Below are positions 53,770-63,860 of a stretch of DNA of 63,860 nt, piece by piece. Every line of letters begins with the position of its first letter. The first letter of the stretch is position 1. The position numbers and the translations under genes are program-made. Origin of the DNA: Chrysomallon squamiferum. Lineage: Eukaryota; Animalia; Mollusca. The stretch spans positions 12,710,141 to 12,774,000 of the forward strand of contig CM022676.1 in the NCBI GenBank assembly GCA_012295275.1, given 5' to 3'. The notes beneath the pieces are model-generated. The model saw only the letters and a program-made list of their open reading frames with translations. It was not told the DNA's origin and did no database searches.

Positions 53770-54757
53770 TACCTATTTATAGTATTTGCTGGTGTCTGTA
53801 AATAAAGTCTTCGCCACCACTGTGGTTCTAAAATCATTGCGCATTATTGTTGAATTAATTCCAGAATCACTGTTGATACTATAACAGTTATATCTATGTA
53901 AAAAATGCTTAAAGTTGATAATAATAAACATCGTAAGAGAAATCGGTATTTTCCTCATTCCGAATAATAGTCGAACTATCAGATACAATGTCATGGTCAA
54001 TGTGCTTTGAATAGTATTGTTGACATGAATATTAATAAATATTACTGGTATGAATATTTATTAGTACCTTTACTTCCGTAGTACTGGACGTGTTGTGATT
54101 GTCATGCTCCCACAAAAATAATCAAAATCAAAATAAAATAAAATAAAATAAAAGGTCTGTTCTATTAACGTATTACTACGAAGCATAATAAAGATTCTAC
54201 AGTTGTAAAATCAGAACAAATCAAACCAAACCAAAAACCCCTGATTATTAAATAAGAAGAAAATTAATTATAAACAAATAATTATATTCAACAAAAATGT
54301 TTAAAAAGCATAACAATAATGCATTGTTTATTATAATGAAACGTGAGAAGTCAATTCCAAGCATTTAAATAGTGATATCAATTGTTAATTAATTATTGAT
54401 CTCAGCTTATATGTAGCACATCATAAGAGAAACCATTATTTATTAATAAATCATGTAACCAATTGTGAGTCTTATAAAATATTTGGTTAAAGGTTCTGTT
54501 TTATTAGAAATAGAACATCGATGTGTATTTTATTTTATTTTATTTTATTTTATTTTTTTTAAATTCAACATCAGGAGATTAAATATTTATAACTGTATCT
54601 CTACATATTTTATTAATTATAAATTTATCTAAGGTCCAACTATAATCACATAAACTCATCTTGTTGCTTGAACATTTTATAAAGATTTATTTTACTATTT
54701 AAGGAAAATATAAAGATTAATGAATTTCGATCAAAGTATTTGTTTCAATAAAGCCGG

Positions 54758-54790
<33 letters not shown>

Positions 54791-55212
54791 AGAAATTAGA
54801 AAGTCTTTAGTGTAAAACAACAAAAAAGAACGAACCCTGTAAAACCAACAACCAAAAAAAATAAAAAATAAAAGCAGCAACACTTTAGAAAAAGCAAGTG
54901 CACAGTCTCAGTGCAAAAGCTATTGAACTGCAACTGCATACTGAAGACTAAAGACCCCAATTCATGATATATATTTGCTATAGGCCATGCCTGTAATCCT
55001 TTCTTTCACCTCAGTTTTGACGTAAGCATCTATTCTTATCTTTACTACATGTTGACGTCAAAACTGATGTGGCTCATCGCTGTAGTTCGTAACTTGGGAC
55101 ATTATTCGTAAACCGAGATAAAACTTGTCCAAGATCACGGTGTGTAATCTCATTTGTTTCTTCTTTGAGTTGTTTGTAACCTGATATTACAATGTATGTA
55201 TATATGTATGTA

Positions 55213-55259
<47 letters not shown>

Positions 55260-55596
55260 GGTATCAGGGCGTTGTCCCTGACATTTTCCCTTTGGTGATT
55301 TCCCCCCTGCCTACATGCTTTAACTGTCAAATAGTCTGTCATTAATAAGATTTTTGAAGGGGCCAAACATTACTTAAATTTGGGAAAAAGGAAAAAGGAT
55401 AAATTATTCTTGGTTTTGTTTCTTTATCAACAAACGTAACAGTTTAAACTGCATGTTGTTCCAAAGTTCATGACAACAAACTACAATCATCATCCAAATA
55501 TCTGGCCTGTAACACTGTGCCAGAGAAGCCCCACCAACACAACATGGGCCTACAGAGACACCACCCAGGGTTTCAGATTCTGATCACAAACTACGG

Positions 55597-56063
55597 GACA
55601 TGTGTCAAACTTGAAGGCCACTTTATGTGGCCCACGAGAGCTTGAAAGGTGTATTAAAATAAGTCTGTGCTGCTCTAGACAGCAGCGTATCTACATCAGT
55701 ATTGGCAATTTTTGCAGCAAATGGAATTGAAAAATATCTACATTTGATCCCAAAAATGTCCAAGAAAAGAAAGGTTGATGCAGATTCAAGAAAGATGGGA
55801 GAGTGAGTACATGTCTGTGCTTCAAGGAGAAAAAAAACTTGTATGTCTTTTGTGTTATGAGGCAGTGTTGGTTGTTAAAGAGTTCAAACTCTGATGACTT
55901 TGATACCAGACATGGAGCTAATATGACAAATTTAGCCTCCAAGAAAAACAACAGATTGTCCCAAGAATTAAAAGGCAGAATATGTTCACAAAAGCTACAG
56001 CTAAAAACAATGCAGCAGTGAAAGCTAGCTTTATTATGGCTGAAGAAATTGCCCGAGCTTCAT
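55597..56063 (+). mobile_element. hAT (Buster/Charlie, GTF2IRD2-like) transposase 5' remnant
   Basis: tgtgtcaaact..ggccc terminus-like motif; MSKKRKVD, VVKEF, MFTKATAKNNAAVKASFIMAEEIARAS fragments. Confidence 0.75.
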
Positions 56064-56086
56064 TTGTGTTTGTGTGTGTGTGTTTA

Positions 56087-56681
56087 CCTATATACTTGTG
56101 TATAAGTCGAATTTTTGGGAGACTGTATTAAGGTAATATTTTGGGGGTCAACTTATACATAGGTAATGCTTTTGTAGCTGTTGCTGAAGAGTCGCCATTT
56201 TGACTATTTTTTGCTACGGGATGCATCTAAAATAATCGCGGTCTTTCAGCTTTTCAAAAATATAATTTTATTGTATAAAAATTTTTGAAAAATTAAATAA
56301 CAAAACCAAATATGAATGTAAAACATGATATTCTTCCATTTAATGACATAAAAATACATTTTAAACCGAAAAAACCGTCAGTACGGCGTTATGCCTTACG
56401 GCGTCTTGCAATGATCTAGGAATGCAGACTTCTCTGCCAAATTGCACTAAATATCGGTCCTAATTTCATAAACAAAACTCACTTGTGTAATTGTAAAGAA
56501 TTTGGTGAAATAATATTGCAATCGTCATTAATATCCACTACCGACAAATCGAAAACAAAGTGACGGTGCCTGGAATCTACAGTCGACTTATACACAAGTA
56601 ATACCTAAAATGACGCAATTTTTGGTCTTGAAATACACATCGACTTATACATAAGGTCGCCTTGTACACAAGTATATACGG
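56087..56681. mobile_element. pogo/Tigger-type MITE
   Basis: TIR cctatatacttgtgtataag / cttgtacacaagtatatacgg flanked by TA; internal cgacttatac repeats. Confidence 0.8.
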
Positions 56682-56824
56682 TATATATACATACATATGT
56701 ATGTATATGTATCTAGTGTGTGTGTGCTGGTATAGATATACACATGCATACACACATACATACACACATGTATATACACAGACAGATACATATACATGTC
56801 CATATATTTATTATTTTTTCATAG

Positions 56825-57130
56825 GTTTTGTGAACCTAACAGGTTCTCCCTCTGCTGTGCTCAATCAAAGCTACACATTCAAGTGTTCTGTATCAGACAG
56901 CATCAATTTACCTGTTGTCTTTGTAAGAAATGGAAAAACTGTTTGTACAGTTCGGTCACCTTGTGGACAAGTTAATCCTTTTCCTGGTTACTCTTGTAAA
57001 TGTGCTGGTCAGACTGGAACTTCTACACTCTTCAATCTGACAATAAACAATGTCAGTCTTGTAGATGAAACTAGCTGGAAATGTAACTATGATAGAACAT
57101 ACAGCAATAAGTTTGATTTACAAGTTTACA
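56825..57130 (+). CDS. Gene C Ig1 (V-like, four extra Cys)
   Basis: 306 nt; YTFKC..FVRNG..C..C..CKC..FNLTINNV..DETSWKC. Confidence 0.88.
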
Positions 57131-57556
57131 GTAAGTTATTATTATTTAATTTTTATTTTATTTATTCAGAAATTATAAAACTATGAGAGCAAATGAAAAT
57201 TATTAACAGCAAAAAACCCACAAAAAAACCACGCTATATTGTTTTTAGTTTTGTATTTAAAATTTTAAAACTAAAAACATATTTTTATTCAAAAAGCATC
57301 TACAATTATACATTTAATAATTTTAGAATATTGAGACATTTCAGCATCATATTTTAAATTAATTTTTAAATTAGATTATTACTTGCAATTTCTAAAAACA
57401 ATCTTTTTATTAAGTTATATTTATTTTGATAAATAACATTGTATTTTCTTAAACTTGTTGTCTTTTTACATCTGAAATGGGTTTTTTTTTTATTTGTGAA
57501 ATGTTTAATATGAATAATGAGTTATTTATGTATTGGATAGAATTGTTTTTTTCCAG

Positions 57557-57895
57557 CTCCAGTTAATTCTGTGAAAACAAACATTTCTGGATCAAAACCA
57601 AACTCATTTAACATCACTGAGGGAGACTCTGCTGTTTTTACCTGTGTTGTACAGGGAGCCAAACCAGCACCGACTGTTTCACAGATCTTGTGGTACGTAG
57701 ACAGTAACAAGCTTCCTGTCAGCATCACTGGATCTCCCACTACTACTGACAGACTGACAACATTAAATGTGACGTACACAGCCAGCAGAGATCATGATGG
57801 TCAGAAAGTTTTCTGTGCTGCTGAAAATGACTTGATGATTGACCAAAGTATCCCTGCTGTCAGCTCAACTAACAAAATTGAACTACATATACTAA
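57557..57895 (+). CDS. Gene C Ig2 (C2-like)
   Basis: 339 nt; FTCVVQGAKPAP..W..DHDGQKVFCAAEN. Confidence 0.88.
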
Positions 57896-58418
57896 GTAAT
57901 TATCTTTATTTATATTATTTTCAGAAATTTAGAAGTCTCATGGATATATTTATTTATACCTAAATTCAGGACCAAAAAATGTATAATACAAAGTAATTAT
58001 TTATATTATTATTTTTATTCACATTTATAACCTTGTATGAAATGAAACATGCAATGCATGTTGAGTTTTCTCTCGATATTTCACATTAAGATTTCAATTT
58101 TATATAGCAAAAAAAAATGAAAATGAATGATAATGATAAAAGGAATATATAGATAAGTTTAGTCAGTGTACACAAATATTAAATAATAGACTAATATTCC
58201 CTAGTGTCAAAAATAAATATATGAACTTAATTTGGAACTCTTACAATGTCTATATATACAAACTATTCAGACCCAAAGCACAAACATTATATTTCTGTTT
58301 GGTTCTGTAGTGAGACAGAAGTAACTAATTTGGTAGAAAGTCATCAGATAAACACTGAAGACAAACATATGAAAGATAAAATATTTCAAGATATAATTTC
58401 TGAAATTTTTGCTTATAG

Positions 58419-58682
58419 GTCCACCAGACTTTCCTTTTACAAGTGGTGAGTGTCCAGATACTTACATAGAGTCAGGACAGAGTGGAACTTGTGTGTGTAA
58501 CACCACTTTTCTAGGAACACCTGCTGGCACAGTAAGCTGGATAACTCCTGATGGAACTGACACACACACACAAACTCTTGTCTTGAAATCTATTAACAGA
58601 AAGTACAACAATCAGAACTACACTTGTCAAGTGAGAAACTACGTGGAGACCAGAAACTTGACATTTACAACTAAACTAGCAT
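58419..58682 (+). CDS. Gene C Ig3
   Basis: 264 nt; CVC..GTPAGTVSW..NNQNYTC. Confidence 0.85.
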
Positions 58683-58920
58683 GTATGTTTATAATATCAC
58701 TGTTACAACTTTAGTTTTATCACAAATAAATTATCGTAAATTTCTGGTATGAAAAAAGTAATAGGACACAAAGTAAAATTGCTTTTGAAGAAAATGAATT
58801 TGTTGGTGACATAGAACAGTTATTATCTTCATTTCTCTTCTCCTTTTTTTTTTACATCTTTTTCTCTGTGTTTTGTAACATTAAAGAACCAATGTATTCT
58901 TATAATATTCTAAATTTTAG

Positions 58921-59241
58921 TTGGTCCTGACAGAAGTGATATAACAGGAAACCAAGATAATTTTGATGCGGATGGAATCAGAAATTTGACCTTGACCTGT
59001 AACAGCACATCATCAAGTCCCAGTGTGAACTTTACTTGGAGAAATGTCACTAGTGGTCAGATTCTGATTTCAAACGAACCAATCAGAGAACAAGACGCTG
59101 GTGATGGAGGAAAGCTGTTTAGTCAGAATCTGGTTTTGGTTCCACAGTGGTATCAAGATGGAGATGAAATAGAGTGTGAAACACAGAATTCTCAGATACC
59201 TGAACACAACTCAAAAACAAAAACTACACTGAACTTGTATT
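58921..59241 (+). CDS. Gene C Ig4
   Basis: 321 nt; LTLTC..SSPSVNFTW..QDGDEIEC. Confidence 0.88.
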
Positions 59242-59590
59242 GTGAGTACATATAACATAAAATATTATTTATAATAATATCAATAATAATGATAATAATA
59301 ATAATAATAATAAACAGATTTTGAAAATTTACTTTTATTCTGTTTTAGGTAGAATTTGGTTCGTTTCATAATCTGATCTCTATAGCATTTATTTTTGCTA
59401 AATGTTTGATTAATAGATATTGATTAAAATTAATAATAATGATAAGCCTCTGAAGAAGTTTGATCACATAACCTATAATAAACCAGGGCAATATTTCAGT
59501 ACTCTTGCCTGTGCAGTCAAAAACAGAGAGAAAATTAATAGATAATAATTTCAAATGGATTCTTTAATTCACTAAAACTTTTGTTTTCAG

Positions 59591-59887
59591 ATCCACCTGT
59601 GAATCCTCCAGAAATAAGAGGATACAAGACAGGACAAGTGGTTTATGAAGGAGACACACTGAACATTCGCTGTGTTGTGTCAGGTGGTAAACCTCTAGTG
59701 ACATCAGTAAGTCTGTCTTGTGACACAGATCACAGGAACACTTCATCTGAGAGAGATGAACACAGTGTTTTTGTAGATTTGTCTTTTACAGTTACAAGAA
59801 ATCTCAACACTAAGAGTTGTCAGTGCAGTGCAGTTCACCAGACTCACAGATATAATCATATATACACTCAAACACTCGCTGTGTACT
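59591..59887 (+). CDS. Gene C Ig5
   Basis: 297 nt; EGDTLNIRCVVSGGKP..CQCSA. Confidence 0.88.
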
Positions 59888-60253
59888 GTAAGTATATAAC
59901 AATAATAAAAATAGTCATAATAATAGCAGTAGAAGTAATAGTAGTAGTAGTAATTGTTATGGTAGTGGTGGCAGTAGTAAAAATAAACTGAATGATGATA
60001 GCATTATTTTCTTCTTTTCTATTTACTTTGTCATTATTTAGTAGTATATAATGATAATGATGATGATCATATGATGTTGATTATGATATTGATGATAATA
60101 AAATGACCAAATCAGAATTAGAAACGTGGCAAGGAAAATAAGAATAATGATTAGAACATGTTAATACTTTGATAGTAATATGTTTTTCTTTGTTATTCTT
60201 CTTAAGGTTTTAAACCATACATTTTAATAAATTCTTTATACTGTTTTATTTAG

Positions 60254-60540
60254 ATCCACCATCAACTCCAGATTTGGTTTCAAGTTTGAGTTTTCCGTGG
60301 TTAGAAGGTCAGAGTAGAAACCTGACTTGTGCAGTGTCTGACAGAGGAAATCCTCCAGCTGTGACTGTCTGGTTTAAAAACGGAGTGAAAGATTCCACAC
60401 ACACAAACTCCTACTGGCTGTTCAAACATCTGTCCATCGCACAGACAACAGTCAGACATTTATGTGTCAGGCTACAAATAACTTCACACTCCACAAAAAC
60501 GATCCAAAGTCATCTGAAAATAAAACACTAAATGTTTTCT
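60254..60540 (+). CDS. Gene C Ig6; frameshift around 60396-60435
   Basis: PWLEG..LTC..GNPPAVTVW then HRTDNSQTFMCQATNNFT in the shifted frame; 287 nt vs 288 in B. Confidence 0.85.
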
Positions 60541-61442
60541 GTGAGTATTATGTGTTTTCACTTAATATTGACACATCTACTTCTAGTCAATTCTGAATAT
60601 TCTGAAAAAGTTAAAACTTCTGGAGATTTATACATGTAATCTTATCATATCGTGCATATCTTGAATTTTGCTTTATTTTTGTATTTATTGATACAATTTT
60701 CTTTTGTCTATTTGTTTTTATTATTATTTACGTTTTGATTAATGTCATTTTGCAGTTCCTACATTTCACATTTGAGTGCATCAGAAGTGACTTATTAATT
60801 CTTCTACGTGGTTATTTTCTCTTTGAAATTAAAAATTGTTGGAGAAATATATATATATTTTTAAATACTTGATATTTATATATTATGTAAAATACAGCCA
60901 AACTAAGTTGATTATCGAGGTCAAAAGTCTGTGCCTTCCTGCCATTACTATATGAGATTAGACATAGGTTGTTGACAACATTTTCTCCATGAAATATATA
61001 TTTAGTGTAAAAAATGTTTAATGCAATACAACATTCACTTTCTATTTGTAAGTAGAGAAGAAGAAAATATTAACAGATAACTACTGATAGGAGATGAAAA
61101 ATGATGTGTCATGTAATAATATGTTTGTATGAATGAATTACATAAAAGTAATGCAATTTCTACTCATTGAACAATTAACTACAAATAAACACTTTTTCAC
61201 TTTTAAAATAATTTGGATAACCATTTTCAGAATAAAATTCTAATATGTTTTAAAATAAAAACACTATTGGGAAGTTGAAGGAAAAGTGAACACAGAAAAT
61301 TCTAATATCTCATCATGTTTATTTAATAATAATTATTATAATAGAAAGATGGTAGAAACATGAGATGAGACAGCAGTGTACATACTTTTCATTTGCAGAT
61401 TTATATCTTTCGTTTTTTTAATTATTATTATTTTCTTAAAAG

Positions 61443-61709
61443 ACCGTCCACGAGTGAGTATTGATAAATGTGGACCAATCACAAGACGGGAAGGACAAAG
61501 TCTGGATTTAGTAAACTGTTCAGCAGACAGCAATCCTCCAAACACAACACTCAACTGGACATCAACCTCACCTCACTGGACTGGTAGTTTCCCTTTACAT
61601 GTTCCAGTACTTGACAGAGACCACCACGGTACATACACGTGTACAGCAACAGCGTCATCTTCACTGGCAACACTAACTGGAACGTCTCAGATTAAAATTA
61701 TAGTTAACT
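61443..61709 (+). CDS. Gene C Ig7
   Basis: 267 nt; NCSADSNPP..W..HHGTYTCTA. Confidence 0.9.
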
Positions 61710-61900
61710 GTGAGTACTTTTTTCTTTAAATTTTGTGTATAAATTATCATTTATTTCCTGGTTAAGTACTTATCATGATGCATTTATAAAATGGAATTAT
61801 TAATGTTATCTTTAGGCAGACAGTTAGATTATCAAGTGTGTGATGACTTGTTTAACTTGATGACTTGACTTATTACTGTAAATTTAGTAATTGTTTACAG

Positions 61901-62197
61901 ATGCTCCTGATCTGACTTTTCCTTCTTTAAACACAACTGAAAACACGTCACTGAATATCGACTGTTCTGCTGATGGTCGTCCTGACAACATGAACTTCAA
62001 ACACTTCAAACATTACTGGAATGACGTGTTTATTCAAGATGTGCCAGGAACAAAGGTAACGGGTAATCAGTACAGATTGAAGTTTAATCATGTTACGTTT
62101 GAAGAGAGTGGAATCTACGTCTGTAGTGTGGAAAATGGAATCCCAGACAGGAATGGAACTTTACTACAAAATAAAACCAGCAGTGTTTATGTTGAAG
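61901..62197 (+). CDS. Gene C Ig8
   Basis: 297 nt; DCSADGRP..FKHYWN..ESGIYVCSVENG; clearly homologous to B Ig8. Confidence 0.9.
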
Positions 62198-63081
62198 GTA
62201 TCAATCTATAATTTAATAACAAAACAGCAATGTTTTGTTCATTTATTTTATTTATTTATTATTATATTTTTCTGATTGAATCTGTACAGCCTGTGAATTA
62301 ATCTTTTGTGTGAACATCTGTTCAGTATCATATTGCAGGTTTCATAAATTGCTAATCAATTCTAAAATGTATTGTATAATTTAGTTGTTTAGTTGTTGTT
62401 TTTTTGTTGTTTTTTTAATAATATTAAATTTTAAATAATCCTAATTGTAGAGAAAAGTATTTCACTGTATTTATGCAAGTATGGATATAACTTTTTTTAT
62501 ATTTCATAAAATTTCTGTCAAATAGTAATGAAAATGGGTCAGAAAAACTAATGATAGGTTCATGTTTATTATTACTCAACAGTATACATTTTATGTATAA
62601 GGAAGTGTTTTAAAAAATTTGGTTTTTAATGTTAAAATATGTTATTAAATATTTTTCATGTACAATGAAAATTAATAAAATCACTCTCCAAACCACAATA
62701 ATTCAAATTACCTAAACTCACATATTTAAACTATACATACATCATCAAAATCAAGATGGGTTTTAATCCATTATGTTCAGAGAGGGACAAATAAGGATGA
62801 TATCAAGAAAGATGGCCTATAGAACAATTGTGGATGTAATGTGATTTATATGCCAAAAATTTGGACCATCTGTGATATATTTATATGCACATTTAGTGGT
62901 GATATATTTTGTGTCAGCCATTTCTTTGAGTTCACTAATAATTATAGTAAAAATGTAAAAAGTCATTGGAAAGAAACTGTATTCAGTTACAATATATCTC
63001 CTGCATTTGAATGTAATCTATTTTTGATAAGACATTGTAATTAATAAATGATTATAAATAATATGATAATTTTACTTTCAG

Positions 63082-63206
63082 CTGCACCTAAGATCATTAA
63101 CAAAACAGACAACATTGTGGGAGCTGAGATAGGAAATTCTGTTGTATTACACAAATCTGTGTTTTGTAAACCAAGTTACAGAAATTTTACATGTATTTTT
63201 ACGTAA
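63082..63206 (+). CDS. Gene C truncated Ig9 exon
   Basis: AAPKIINKTDNIVGAEIGNSVVLHKSVFCKPSYRNFT matches B's ATPKIAMETKADSILGAEIGKPVRLIKSVFSKSNFTTFTW, then reads CIFT* and homology ends. Confidence 0.75.
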
Positions 63207-63777
63207 TAACATTACTAAATAAATGGATAAATAAACGTGTGTGTGTGTGTTTCTTCATGTACATACTTTTTGTATGATAATGTATCTTTTCTGATTCTGT
63301 TTATTCTTAGATGAAACGAAAAAACACAGGCAAGTTGTTAATTTTTTCTTTTCTGTAAATTGTAATTTATTTTATCATCAAATGAAAATAAAAGCAAATT
63401 ATTTTTATCATAAGTTTTTGTAATCAGAATTAATAAACAGCTTTCCAGATTTGATAAATGCTTGCCGTTTAAACTATTCATCAGTAATAATATGATACTG
63501 AATGTTTCTAAAACATCTTTAAATTCGTCCTGAATTGAAGTTCTAAATATGTGTCAGCAAACTGGTAACCGCTTTTTATCTTGCTAGTTGCACTAATGAC
63601 CAGCTTTTACAGGACTTTCACATAGCTATCTTTGTTGTGGTCAGTAATCTATTTATTTTGAAGTTTTCTCCCAGAGCCAATAAATCAGGAACAGTAACTC
63701 ATGGATAATATCATACAATGCAGCCGAAGCAGAAATCATGCACAATTTTAATATACGTTTATGTGTCATTGAATGGA

Positions 63778-63778
<1 letters not shown>

Positions 63779-63822
<44 letters not shown>
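63779..63822. repeat. (TAT)n microsatellite
   Basis: Direct reading. Confidence 0.95.
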
Positions 63823-63860
63823 GATAAGGATTTAGATTTTATAATTTTGTTTTCCCTTTT

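Larger units (their letters stand above)
56825..63206 (+). pseudogene. Gene C: nephrin-like IgSF paralog of gene B; 8 full Ig exons + truncated 9th; one frameshift; signal-peptide exon not located
   Basis: Exons 56825-57130, 57557-57895, 58419-58682, 58921-59241, 59591-59887, 60254-60540*, 61443-61709, 61901-62197, 63082-~63191; phase 1; Ig7/Ig8 exon sizes equal those of B (267, 297 nt). Confidence 0.8.

Noticed and set aside
17169-63206. Assigning gene symbols such as NPHS1, HMCN1 or Dscam-like hypervariable splicing
   Set aside because: The architecture is nephrin-like but orthology cannot be shown; the exons are sequential distinct domains, not mutually exclusive alternatives.

Overview
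AT-rich eukaryotic (invertebrate animal, probably lophotrochozoan/mollusc-like; inferred, not proven) genomic DNA with spliced genes, microsatellites and many degenerate DNA transposons. The window is a cluster of immunoglobulin-superfamily (IgSF) cell-surface genes, mostly built one domain per phase-1 exon. Gene A (minus, ~7.4 kb to beyond position 1): signal peptide + V-like Ig + C2 Ig, predicted to end in a GPI-anchor signal just outside the window. Gene B (plus, 17.2-30.5 kb): nephrin-like, with signal peptide, 9 Ig-type domains, FN3, TM and a short tail; four exons are frameshifted. Gene D fragment (minus, 35.7-43.5 kb): an orphan half-domain exon, a TM + acidic Tyr-containing tail exon, and a duplicated GPI-tail cassette copied from gene A's 3' region; the half-domain exon also has an inverted copy 1.7 kb away. 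Gene C (plus, 56.8-63.2 kb): a paralog of B with one frameshift and a truncated 9th exon. Mobile remnants include Tc1, MULE, Academ-like, hAT, Tigger/pogo and several MITEs. Exon models were read by eye from splice signals and reading phase; no database searches were run.
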